Shown: piece by piece, positions 48,879-61,455 of the stretch
Layout: every line of letters begins with the position of its first letter
How positions within the stretch are numbered: position 1 is the first letter of the stretch
Assembly: GCA_973895155.1 (NCBI GenBank)
Contig: OZ316893.1
Coordinates: 14,352,645-14,416,644 of the forward strand
Direction: 5' to 3'
From: Marsupella aquatica
Taxonomy: Eukaryota > Plantae > Marchantiophyta
Length of the DNA stretch: 64,000 bases
The notes under the pieces: generated by a model
Told to the model about the DNA's origin: nothing
Seen by the model: the letters and a program-made list of their open reading frames with translations, nothing else
Database searches by the model: none
Translations under genes and position numbers: made by a program

Positions 48879-51800
48879 ATTGTATAGATGGGTTACATTA
48901 ACAGTTTTAATTAACCCAAGGTGATCTCTCATTGGTGGACTAACACGTGGCTAGGCACTATTGGGATACTATATCTCTTTCCCCATTTTTTGAATGAGCC
49001 CTGCACCAAACAGGGCTGGCGCGTCCCCTCTCAAGTTCTAGATCTTGATGACCCAGCTCGAATCAAATGGTAGGCCCAAATGTGGGTTGTTTTCAAATGG
49101 GAAATATGTATACTATCGGGGCCTCTTTCCTTCAGAAAAGTGGGAGTGGGTGGATCATTGGGACCCAAGGATCATAGGCCCCTATGGAGCATGGGACCCT
49201 GTTTTTGAAGGGAAAATTGCAGCACCCAGCCAGCCAGGTCGTCAGGGTTGGGATTCAAGTTGAGATTGAAACTTGCGAGGGGGAGGGGCCAGCCCTGGTT
49301 GGTGCAAGGCTTGTTGAAAAAATTGGAAAGAGCTATCTGGGTGAGGGTAAGCTCGGCCAGGGTAAGGCGGAGCCAATAGCGTCTCACCACATGTTAGTCC
49401 ACTAATGAGAAATCACCCTGGGCTAACTAGTGAAACGGTTAATGTAATATATATATATATAATATGGGGGCAACTTAACAATTAAAATAATTTTGGGGGT
49501 ATGTTAATAATTTAGCTCAATTTTGGGTGACAGGATAATAAAAAGATGTTTATTTTATTCATTCTGTTTTGAGCTCTATTCATTCTGTTTTGAGCTGCAA
49601 GTTGAGTCGGTGCAAGAATTTGCTATCAATGACCAAAGGTGAAATGAAAGTTTCATTTAATGCTCTAGAATTTCTACATTTCTAGATGTACCAGGTAGTA
49701 CTTGCCTTGAATACACTCCACCATTTCTTGGGGAGATTCTCATCATGATCTAACCTATCACTAAACAAAGCTTACCAAATTGAAAGTACGACTATTGCTG
49801 TCCTATCGGAAATAATTGGAACTAGAGAGACCGAAAGCCATATTCTAAATGTCTCTACCGATTTAAATAGCTCAGCGAAGCCAACGCTGACACGAGGTTA
49901 GAGGGTCAATTCCTGAAAGTGCATGATGATGCCACAGCAGTTTGAGTTTCCCAAATATCTTCCTTGAAGTGCTGGCTAAAGGACAACTGGCATCCAAAAC
50001 TTTAAAATGGCAAGCCAACTTATTCCGTCATATAATCATTGATCCAAGCACAAAGTTAATTATCAATTGCATGCTGACATATTAATCTAGAAGTCCCACA
50101 TGAAAATGTTTAGGGTTCTTATTTACTTTATCTAGCAATATTCCATCCAAACTGGATCTTGTAGAAATTTGTTATAAACAACATATTTAACTCATGTCAA
50201 GCTTCATATTTAACTCATATCAAGCTGTGGTACACACACATACTTGCTCTAGTTTGTGGTCTGCTTCCCTTCCCTTGCTTCCCCCCCCCCAACCCAAAAT
50301 AATTCCACTATTAAAATTAAAAATAAGAAACAGCTCTTTTGTTGCTTTGCATTATTGCAAAGAATATCTGCGATGAAATTAATCAAACTAGAGCAGCACT
50401 CAGGATCCTCAAAATAAACAGCCAACGGGTAAAAAATTGGGGAAAAAAAACCCTTAACAGGTTGGCAGGACTGGTGTTTGGCTGACTGTGGCTTGTGTCG
50501 ACAATGCTGCTGGAAGCCTGGAACGACGCCAATGCAACGCCCATTAGTGCTCAGATCGGCAATGTCAGGTTTTAGTGCACAATCTGGCAACACCGCCAGT
50601 CCATGTCTACAGTAGTCAAATAATCAATTTCTAAAGTATAAGACTAGAGTCCAGCCCCTAGATTTAAACAATCGACGGCCTGTCTCACAATACTGCTCGG
50701 CAAAATCCTCTATTCGGAGGAAATTTGTTTGGTTTGCAATTAAGGCGTATGTTCAATGAATCAATGAATCTCTCGCCCTCTGGTCTTTCTTGGGCTGTCG
50801 GGCTATTACAATACCCAATACTGTACTGATTGAACAGTTTTGGTATAAACAATCAAATCATTTCCAAGTTTTCTTTGTTAGAAACGAACTCACGTTTTTG
50901 GAGAGATATGCTTAGTAGACTCCCTTCTGGAAAAAGTTTGCTTAATCAACCCCTTCCATATTTTTTTCCAATCTGGATAGTTGATGGACCAGATCTGGAC
51001 CATTGATAGAACTCAGGGGGTCGATCAAATAACAAGTTTCATTTTGGGGGTCGATAAAGCAAATACCTCCATGTTTTTGTTATACAATGAAATCATTTAC
51101 AAAAATAATTTCTCTTCATGTTTTGCATCGTCATTGTCAATCTTTGGAATGGAAGGACTGCTTTCCAGTCCTGGCATGTTGAGTCTGAGTAGATACGTGT
51201 ATTCTAACGCCTATTAGGATGTCTCCATAAAGGAATTGTTATAACAGGGTCATGTACAAGTTTCTTTGATTTTTGTTTCACTAGCCTCTACTGTGACTAA
51301 TGGGTATGCTATATTGCTAATCTTCATGGCAAAAAGTTATGGACTATGAATTTGGTAGTCTGTAATTTTCTGTGTCCGCAAGCCGTATATACCAAGTTAA
51401 GGTCCATCAAATTCTGAACTTTGAGACTCCCTGTTGATTGAAGTTTGTAATTATTATCTATACTATAATCTGGGATCAAAGTTTACCTTCATACCTCTTG
51501 GATATAGTGAAGAAAATATGCCATTAATAAATTCTCTGTAGACAGTTTTGATGTTTAGACTATGCTTGTGAAATGTGACTTTAGGTTGTGGAATGCCAAT
51601 GACAAAGGGACAAGTACTAGGGTTGGGTGGACCTTGAAGGTGACCTGGATGTAGATCATGATCAAAGATCTAGGAAAGATGTGGATGAGGCAAGAGCCCC
51701 TAAAAAATTCCTGAGAAATCATTAGGATAGAGGTTGTGTTTGCGTTGGAGAGTTTGGTTTAGCCAAACCCCCAAACCAATAAATTACAAGAACTGGACAA

Positions 51801-52173
51801 GTTACCAAAGGCCATGGAGTATGATGCATCACAAAACCAAGCAATGCTTACAATAGAGCAAGCGTTGGTCAGCTAGAAGGAATCTTTGTGGGCTTCTTGG
51901 CATATTTTGAACTTGTCCACCTGAGGGCACATATTGTTGGCAAGACCATGCCCAATAAAAATGTGGATTCAGAAATAAAGAACAAAACAAAAAGGCATAC
52001 ACTCATCATTGTAGTTAACAGAACCTCGTACTTAACTACAATAGAACTGGCTTTGACTCTTGTCCCATTTTGGTAAGATAGTCTCGGTCTGTTAGGTCCT
52101 TTTGTATCAAGCTCACCCCGAGCTATCTTACCAGTTGCACCCAGGCTCTGCTCCGGCTTAGCATCCCAGTGCA

Positions 52174-52221
52174 TCCCCCCCCCCCCCCCCCCCGGCACAC
52201 ACACACACACACACACACACA
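52174..52221. repeat. Poly-C tract followed by a (CA)n microsatellite
   Basis: About 19 C, then gg, then about 13 CA units. Confidence 0.9.
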
Positions 52222-52844
52222 CCAGAAAGGGCCCAGGCTAAACCCAAAGCTACCGAAGGAGGACATTTCAGTGGCTTGTGGGTGTCTGAGTAGCATGGGA
52301 GAGGAGAAAAGGTGATTGGGGGTCCAGTCTAAAGCTCAGGCTATTGGTTTTAGGGCTTCTAGACAAATTTTCCTTAGTGACCCTCATATGCAGTTTACTC
52401 CTGAGCTTTGCCAGTCCTTTCATAGGAATGTTGGGCCCAAGATGTTGAGGCTTTAGTTCCTTTGCCATTGTGTGGGACTCCCGGGTTTGGCTCTTTGTTC
52501 TTCCTCAGATTTCTTACTTGTTTTCTCCCCTTTATTAGGTCTCTTGCCTTTGGCATCTTGTCTCCAAGTTTAGCCCCTTCTTTATACAGTACTGCATTGT
52601 GGGCTACAATGCCCCCAAAATGAGGCCTTAGCCCAAATATTGAGGGCTATTGTTGTCCTTAATGCCTTCATAACAAGGAGTTAATGTACTTTAATCCCCA
52701 AAAGATTTTTCATTCCTACTATTTTTTGTCTGTTTCTTATTTCTTCACACTTTAAGACAAACCCATGTTATTTGCAAGCTGAGACTTTACTTTCTTTACC
52801 AATAGACAAGTAGAGTACAATCTCAAAATGCCCATGTACAGCCT

Positions 52845-53198
52845 GTGATGGGCAGTCTTTTCCATAAAGTACACAAATATACAGAGAGAAAATTAGTTAT
52901 CTTCAATAAAGTCCAGAAATATAAAACGAGAGACATCTTGATGGGCATTCCTTCCATAAAGTACACAAATATTCAAATTGGAAAATAGTTCTCTTAAAGT
53001 ACTGGAATCTTGCAGGGATTTAACGCCAGCATATTGTTTGTTGGGCATTCTCTTCTATAAGGTACAGAATAGACAAAGAGAGAAATCTTGATTGTAAGGA
53101 TTTAAAGTGAGTATATTATTTGTCGGGCATTCTCTTCCATAAGGTACAGAAATATACAAAGAGAGAAATCTTGCTTGCAGGGATTTAAGTGAGTCTAT
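52845..53198. repeat. Degenerate tandem repeat, ~4 copies of 80-100 bp
   Basis: gggca(g/t)tc..ttc(c/t)ataa(a/g)gtaca(c/g)aaat...agagaaa recurs at ~52850, 52943, 53043 and 53125. Confidence 0.8.
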
Positions 53199-55041
53199 TA
53201 GGGGGTTTCAAATATGGGTCCATCATAGGTGTTCCCCGGAGGTTACCATTGCTCGTGAGGAGGGCTGCAGGCAAGTTTAGCGGCAGTGAGTAATTTCTGT
53301 ACCTCAAGTTTTTTAGGCCCATTAGTGTGGCTTCTGGATGGAGGAACTAGTCGCAACGGTGTTTGTTTAGCACGAGAATGCCCTCAGCACACAAAGAAGA
53401 GTGAGTAGACGCGGCCCTAGCTGGTGAGTTCAAACTTGGCGAGTCATGACATTCGACCGAGTCTGCCCCTGGGGATCAGAAAACCCTCCGGGAGGAGTGT
53501 GCAGGCTAGCATGAGGGTGTCCGGCACATTTTTGGGTCATGTCTGCCCGCCCTGATCCTAACTGGGGCACCCGCAAAAGACTCCCCCGGGCTGATGTTTG
53601 AGACCCCCTATTGTTTTTTGCATTGGCCCCCATCTCCCAGGGAGACTGGAGGTCAGTTAGTCGTGGATGGAAAGAGCAGTGACTGCCTGTGTGTGAGGGA
53701 GACGGGCAGAGGGCAGGAGAGGCAGGAACAGATGAAGCAGGACCGGACGCTCCATGCAGCAGCACGTTATGGAGGGCAGGATCCCACACTTGCATGTGAC
53801 TGATCGGGCAATTCACGATTGCAATAGCAGAGAGGAGGGGACAGCTATCATGTGGGAATGGGAGATTAACAAAAGGGGATTCCAAGACCCTCACTGGGCG
53901 AAGCTAGAACGAGCGTTTACCGCTGCTGCTGGTTGGTGGTTTTATTTTCAACTGTATGGGAAGTGGTCCCCAGAGCTGAAATCGAGATGATGGGAAAATG
54001 AAGTTAGCGAGCCGGTTCTCATCAGTCCTTTTTCTCACTAATTATTATCATTCCAGTCTCCATAAAGACGGATGGAGTGCCATATCTGCACTACTCGAAA
54101 CCCCCCACGGTGGCTTAGTTTGTGGTGCTGGGAATTTCTCTGAGGAAGGTGAGGGAAATTCACTCGAGAAGGAAAGACGAGAAGGAAGCAATTTGAGTAA
54201 CTGAAGTTGCTTGCGTACAGGGTGAATCAAAGCCCGACTGGTCTGGTTGTGGTTCGTGACGAAGAAGAAATTGTAGAGAGAGAGAGGGATGCGATGGGGA
54301 AGAGGGTGACGGTCAAAATGTCCGACTTTGACTGGTATTTGCTTCGAAGTGCAGTGAGCAAGCGCCACTCACGACCATGACGGAGAGGATGAGAGTCGGC
54401 CCTTACAACAGAGACACTGCAGTCGTGTAAATTTGAGTAGTTGTACTTCAACTGATTCTCTGAGCAATATATAACTAAGAGCAATTCCATGTGAGGACTG
54501 AATGAATGCACTGATATCTTCACTTTCACATCAGTCCGCTCGTAGCAGTGCCCCTGCCCACCCCGTACCCGAGCCCAATTAAGAGAGTGGCAAGGCATGC
54601 TGCACGGTGGATAAGTACTGTGTTATTGCTGAAATTATACGCTCTATGGTGAAGCGCAACGCTGGCTGGCTACCTGTAGGGATCCATCGGGTTTGTTTGA
54701 CCAGATCCCTTCCACCGTCCAGCCATCCAGTCTCGTCCTTCTGTTGTGGTCTCTGTTGAGGCTGTTCTGTTCTGATCTGTTCAGTTCTATTCTGGTCTGG
54801 TCTGACGAGACCGCCCTCTGCTGTGGCTCTAGAAGGGACGACAACGCACAGGCACGCAGCAGCCTCTTTTCTGCTCCTCTTGGCTCACGACCACGCACAG
54901 GCAAGCAGCAGCGTCTCTTCTGCTCCTCCTGGGTCTTCAGACGAGTGAGAATAGTTAGGTGGACATTTCGGTCGAGGTTAAAAGTACTGTTATCCCCAAA
55001 CAGAAGCTCTGCAGCAAGCCAGCTGCTCTAAATTTAAGGAG

Positions 55042-55325
55042 GCAACAACACTTTAATTCACCCGGCCTGGAAGCCTGCTGCGAGATTGTAGTGTAAGACG
55101 GTAACCCAACCCAGGGGTAGTCACGAGAGAGCTACTGCTGCCCAGTTCCGCAACAACACTTAAATTCATCCAGCCCGGAAACTGCTGCGAGATTGTGATG
55201 TAAGGCGGTAAACCCAACCCAGGGGAGTCACGAGAGAGCTACTGCTGCCCATTTCTGCGGTGTCCACTGGGAAGAAGAAGAAAGTAACCCACATGAGGAT
55301 CACGAGAGAGCTGGTGCCTGCCATT
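55042..55325. repeat. Tandem duplication of ~108 bp (2 copies plus a partial third)
   Basis: gcaacaacactt.aattca...ctgctgcgagattgt..tgtaag.cggtaa.cccaacccagggg.agtcacgagagagctactgctgccca twice, then tcacgagagagctggtgcctgcca. Confidence 0.85.
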
Positions 55326-57061
55326 CCAACCCAGGAGGGGGAGAGGCGGGGAACAGAGAGAGCAATCGAAGGGACCGAGAACGAAACCATTTGATATTAT
55401 AATAGCAAGGTACAAGCTACATCCTGTAATGAGTGGGGAGGAGGGACAAGCTTGGATAGCAGCAACATGGAAACGAGGGGAAGGGAGGTTCCTGGGAGGA
55501 GCATGACTTACTGCCGGACGTCCTGCTCGCCTATGGCTGCCCGCCCCGACACTCCTCCAAAAGCAGACAGGTTTTCTGGATTGGCTGATTGGTAGGGTCT
55601 CTAATGCAAGGATATGCTGGGCAGAAGTACCATAGTTAATCAATATAACCTCACCACAAATTTGGCACTCAGTGGACACATCGTTTGAGCCGCGGGCAGT
55701 AAAATAATGTGGACAATAGTGAGAAGTGCAATCTCTTCTCTCCTTATGGGTATGGTGGGGGGGGGGGCAGAGTTACCATAGTAGTTTCAGGATTCACTAG
55801 ATGGGTAGTGCGCTGACTGTAAGTAGAATGATGGTGACGAGTGAGGGCAAGCTTTTGATGTTTTGCCTCGATCGCCACGTTTTAGTGAAGGAGTAGTAGC
55901 ATAAAAGGCGACAAAGGTAGCAAACCAGTCACCCAGCCTCCGGCGGCGGGACAAGGAAGTCATAGTTGGCACCTCTATACACCGTCATACTCGATGTTCC
56001 TCGCTGAGCGGTAGGAAGATCCTGAGGTGTGCCATATTTATGTCGTCTTCGTCATTTGCTTCATTTTGCTGCCTCGACGAAACCTTTCTCGTTTCCATCC
56101 AAAAAGATTGCACACCAAGAGCGGATCATATTCTGTAGAGTAAAATTTTCCAGTCCATATTTATTGAAGTCGGAATTTATTACTAAAGATAGAACAATTT
56201 CAACTATTGATTTGTACGTCCGAATGAGTTTTCCACGATATTAGCCGTTCCGTATCCTTCTCTGTATCACTGTAGGAGAGACTTCATTATCGAGGATTGT
56301 ACCCATTCACACCAACTGAAACTCAATTGTTCTCGATTACGTCGTTTATTTATCCCCAATCATTTTTCCCACATGATAAACACCCATTCATACCGGATGT
56401 GATGACAAACGCTCATATCAGTTTGCCAACACCTAAAATACTTTTGAAAGACGCGCACTCAGGCTGTACTACAACTCGTCTGGGAGGGGTCGTTCCCTAG
56501 CTATGCAATGCAGCAGCTACAGATGCAATCTGTTTGACGGCGACAATTAGTCTGTGAACGACGTTGCTAAGACCTATAAGACAGCACTAGAAAAACTTGC
56601 CATCCTGATCGCTATACATTGCGTTTGAACAGCTACATGTGAATTCACAATCCGTCCGATACTCTGATGCGTTGGGTTCTAAGAACTTCATCATGACAGG
56701 CAGAATGCTGAATCATATTGCAGGATCGAACGTATCCATCAAAAAAGTGGTCGACGAATCCGAAAGATATATCGAGTTGATTGACCATAAATAATCATTA
56801 ACAGATTAACGCCTTCATAATGTGTTCTTATATTCGTTCACTCCCATGCCATGTGCCCTAAATCTAAGGTTCGGGACACCATCTCGCAGCTGCAGGCATC
56901 AAGTTCTTTCCGAACTAATCCTAAATCTCATTTTGAAGTCACGACTATTGCCTCCAGCGTCTTATCGTCTAATTTTTGGATAAGGTAGGGTTCTGCCTGG
57001 AAGAAAACTTTCATCCACGCCCTAGTTAAAAAATTGCGGCCAGGCCGGTGAAGGAGTTTCT

Positions 57062-58962
57062 CTATAGCGACTCCATGGTGTATAGATTGTTACATAACTC
57101 GTCCAGTCTCCTTTTCTTGAGAGCTGAAGCAGTGACCAAACCCACACTCGGACTACCTTCGGGAGACCCGTGAGTACTTTCACTGGCACAGCTCAAAAGA
57201 GTTGCTGCCTCCAGGACTCCGACAGGGCTTTGCGGGATCGAAGAGCTGCAAAATGCCTTCCTTTTAGAAAACTGCCGCAGGAGAGTTGGGTCCATGAGCA
57301 AATTTTGTATCAGTTGGCAGCACCGATCGACCGCTACCTGCGAAGACAATCACGGGGCGAGGGCAATGAGAATTCGAACTTCTTCCTTTCAACGAAACCA
57401 CAAGGAAGATGGCAATGAAATGTATGGATTATCTCATTGATTCACTTACAATGTCAATGGCCATCTCGCAGAAAATCGCCCTATATCCAGCTCCCTGGCC
57501 AGGAATTAGTTCATCAAGGGCACACAAGACAGCAGCTGCGGCAATAGCCGAGGGCCGATATTGGAGGAAACTAACATCTGCAAGGCAGATAGCATGTGAG
57601 TTCACAGAAGATTGGGAAAGACAGCGATCTCAAACTAAAACAAAGCCACTGCCTTGTTGATCATACACCATCGTCCTCGTCACCAAACTTCCTACACCCC
57701 TACCTACAAGCTGCATTCCCTGATCCCCTTCCAACACATGCCATAGCAACATGCTGCGTGCGAATCCAGAAGCTCAATTTGTCCAGGGCGAGGTCCTCAC
57801 TTGTGAGAGTTCTCGTAATCAGCTCGATGACTCGTTCCAGAAGGGACCTCAATACTCTATTATCGATACCCAGCCTGTGGAAGTAATAATCTATAAATGA
57901 GAACGGGGTGATAGCGCTCATCCGCCATTCTAATGTACTCAATACAAGCAGCTCCATCCTTTGGATAGTGCGCGCCTCAAAAATATGTTCGACCTCAACG
58001 ACCTGTCACAAGAGAATGGGAAAATCAACGTAAGGACAGCGAAAGCAAGTTATACGTCTCGAAGAACTTGAACATTCAACTTGATGTCCGTGGACAATCT
58101 GTACGGCATAGCGAGTCCAAATTAGTCACCTGTAGGTCTAGCAGGAAAGGCACTTCTGTCTCCTCCATCTTGGCGGCCAAGGACATGCAAGCTACCGAGA
58201 GCAGCTGCAGCTTCCAAGATGTCCCTTGCTGCATCAATTCAGATGGGTGAAGTAAGAAACGGCAATAAAATCCTCGCACGGACCGTTGCGAAGAAAATGA
58301 GGCGGCAAGTACTAGAGTGAAGTTGAACATGCGCATACCGGCAATTCATGTCGAGAGAGGAACCGATCCAAGTAATTTACAGATAGAGCAACCGACAATG
58401 GACCAAAGTTGTAGTACGCCTGAACCTGCACGTGAAGATTCGCAATGAACACGGTCAAGAAATGGTGAACGAAAAGAGTGCAAGCAAGTCACTAGACCTG
58501 GTGCATCACCTAATGCCGGGCATCATCAGCTGTGCTAATCAGACAATCACCAGGGCCAGTCCAGGAAAATCGCTTTGGCTACACTAAATGATCAATGTAC
58601 TATGCTACAAGCCTTCTTCCTTCATCCCTGGGATCCATATACTTAACAGCTGCAAATGGACTGCCCGTGTGCGACAACAGTACCTTCAGCATCCAGCTGA
58701 TAGCGTTCTGACGAGCTCCAGCATTAAGGCCCGTGCTTTGAAATCTCGCCAAGTAGTCCGCTTCCGGCATGAGACGACACTCTTTCTCGAGAAGTGCAGA
58801 TATGGCTTGCTCGTTTTTGACAGGGAAGCCTTGCAAGACGACATTGTAAAGGTCGTCCACAAGATCCACCTCACCATAACTGCTGCTTTCATCATCCCAG
58901 CCACTTCCACTGACCTCTTCGGCACAGAAAAGACTCGGGACACAGTCAATGCCGGGTGCCAT
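57062..58962 (-). CDS. CYCD: D-type cyclin; exons 58962-58684, 58425-58339, 58228-58130, 58002-57801, 57577-57450, 57337-57062 (356 aa)
   Basis: N-terminal LxCxE RBR-binding motif (LFCAE), cyclin box [67 protein letters not shown] and [13 protein letters not shown], and C-terminal SP sites. All introns are GT-AG and in phase; exons total 1071 nt. Confidence 0.96.
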
Positions 58963-59869
58963 CCCTCCCGAGGGTTACCCTCACGCAAACTGCCCAGAAC
59001 TTCATGAAGCAGCGATAGCCATGATACCGCAGACGTAAACTTCGTGATCTTCCGGAAAGATACACCGCCAACCTCTTCTTGCAGAAATGGAATTCTCAGT
59101 TCTCCATAATTCACTCCTGGGTAATGTAGTAGCACACTGAATATTGTGCAAACGAACAGCAGCTCTTTGTGGTGTTAAATTCTATATATGTACAATATAC
59201 ACCCCGGACCTCTAATGTAGGCTCCGTCAAGATGGCGAGCTGAAGGAAAAGAGCCTGAGAGCTCTACACGTCAAATCTAAGAAGACGATGGCAGCAGGAG
59301 GAGCAGCAAGCGCAGTCTAGTACCACACTCACAATCAACAATGCCCACGTGTCTCGTCTCGACGAGCATATGCAGTAGCACCTGGGCCACCAAGAAATCC
59401 AGAGTGAAGCAACCTTACGAACACAAACGAACAAGATGATACGAGCCGCGCGACCTGTGGACTATACTGTTACTTCCAAGTCGAATGTTAGAAGGAGAGG
59501 ACCAACACGTTCAGCGTGGAGTTGCCTGGATGGATGGTGTCTGAATGCTACTGAGCTCGACGACCCACAGGGCTTGATTGCAGTGAGAGGGGAGAGTGAG
59601 TCAGTCCCTTATTGTCGAATCAACGCTGTCATTGAACGACAGACAGAATGGAATGAAGTTGTTGGTCCCACAGGTGCTGAAGAATGCGGCACACTAGTCG
59701 GCGTCGTAGAAGCCAATGTGGAGAGAAGAATTGCTCCTGCACGGAGAGGAGCTCGAGCTCGAGCTCGGCCACAATATTCTTGGTCGATGGGTGCTGTGAG
59801 TGTGAGATCAACAACACTCCGAGTACATTCCCCGAGTTGCTATCGTTCGTTGTGGTCGATGGTTGGTGA

Positions 59870-60010
59870 GCATGGAGGGAGAAGGGAGGGAGGGAGACAG
59901 AGAGAGAGGGAATGGAGGAGAGATGGAGGAAGAAAGAATGGAGAAGTCGGGGAGAGACGAGAAGAAGAAGACTAGAACATACGAAGGGGTGTGGATATTT
60001 TAAGAGGGAG
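59870..60010 (-). promoter_or_regulatory. Putative CYCD core promoter / CT-rich (Y-patch) start of a ~1-kb 5' leader
   Basis: An AT-rich TTAAAATAT on minus at ~59995-60003 is followed by a long pyrimidine tract (GA-rich on plus). This is inference only. Confidence 0.45.
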
Positions 60011-60639
60011 GGAATTCTCCCCTGGTTTTGCTCTAAACCGTTCCCCACAACTCTCACCTTTTTTATTCATTACGATAACAATAACAATAATAATAATCAC
60101 AGCTGCCCAATTTTTCTTTTTCCTCTTTTTATGTTCCCTCCCTCGCTCGCTACAGGAGCTCCAAGCCCACCTGTCCATCCCATGCCATGCGGCCTTGGGG
60201 CCCCATCATTACATCGCACATCACACGGGCAGGGGGCTCGGGCCATCGAGGGTTTTGCTCTCTACCCTAGACACACACAGCCCAGACCGCTCGCACTTGT
60301 TCTTCACTCGAAGAAGCGTAAACCCTCTGCAGTCAGTCGGTCAGTCAAGTCAGTCACACGAGCTGCAGGAGAATTCCGTCTGCCCTTCAATTCTCGCCTG
60401 GGTTCCGTTCCGTTCCCGCAGCACGTCTCGTAGTCTCGTACCCGAATTTCTTGAAGAGTTTTTAAAAGTTTTTTTTTTGGGTCCCGGTTCCCAATATTAT
60501 CCAGCACTTCTCCGACACCAGCCCGGTACGAGATTACTTACCCCCTTTAGTTACTCCCTCAACCGGTTGGGCAGTAATTTTCTCTTTTGAGTGAATCTCG
60601 TGCATTTTTTCCACTTTATATTTCAATGGATGGATAGTT

Positions 60640-61455
60640 CGTTACGAGTCATTGCCCCTTGGCTACCTGAGTTGGGGGTTATGAGATTTTGGCTCCCCTG
60701 TGCCTAAACGTGGGGGTTGTGAAATTTGGACCCCATTGGCAAGCCGGCCTGGAAGGTAATTTTACACACAATTTTAAATCATAATTACACTAAATTACAG
60801 TTTGGGTTTAAGTTTATTAATCCCTGGCCACTTGGGGCCATGGATGTAACTCCCTTGGGTATCACAACCCATAACAATTCTCCTACACCAGCCCAATATG
60901 AGAGTAATTACTCCCTCAACCTCCCTGCACTCCCTTTGCAGGCAACTTTGTTCTTCCTTAAACCTCTTGTATGTCTTGTTTTCTTTATCTCTCTATGGAT
61001 ATGGATGGTTATGAGCCATTGGCCCTTGGCCAACCTGACTTGGGGTTTATGAGATTCCCCCCGCCCCCCCTTCCCTGGGTTAGCCCGCGTGGAAGGTTAT
61101 CCAATTTCATACACAATTTATAAACCATAATATACTCAAAGTACACTCTGGGCTTATGTTTGTGAACATTCACATAAGCCCGCAAAGGTCATGGGTTACT
61201 CCACACATAAACCGGTACTCTAGTATTCTCTTTATATATTTCTGTGTATGGTTATGAGCCATGGCACCCTAGCCAGCCTGGCCTCCATGGGTTATGAGAT
61301 TACAGCCTCCGTGGCTAGCCCGCCTCTAGGGTTTTCCAATTCTAAACACAATTTCCATGTCAATAAAAAGTACAGTAGTCCTACATTGGGGGGTTACTCT
61401 AGCTAGGAGGCCATGGCTGTAACCCCCATGGGAATTATATCCCATAACTCCCTTT
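60640..61455. repeat. Three diverged copies of a ~200-240-bp unit upstream of CYCD
   Basis: g(g)tta(t/c)gag.cat.g.cc.t.gc...cctga...gggttatgagatt...acacaattt recurs at ~60640, ~61005 and ~61248. Confidence 0.7.

Larger units (their letters stand above)
42087..49548. mobile_element. Long-TIR foldback DNA element (~0.76 kb when empty), interrupted by the copia insertion; ~10-bp TSD
   Basis: 42087-42175 is the approximate reverse complement of 49460-49548, and 48890-49050 mirrors 49245-49447. Flanks are TTTGTTTTAT (42077-86) and TTTATTTTAT (49549-58). Confidence 0.85.

Noticed and set aside
55118-55142. tcacgagagagc resembling miR535/miR156/miR529 family sequence
   Set aside because: Only a partial match, it lies in a direct rather than inverted repeat, and no star arm is visible.
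59436-60590. Long plus-strand ORFs (179, 173 and 199 aa)
   Set aside because: Low-complexity translations antisense to the CYCD leader and promoter, with no domain features.
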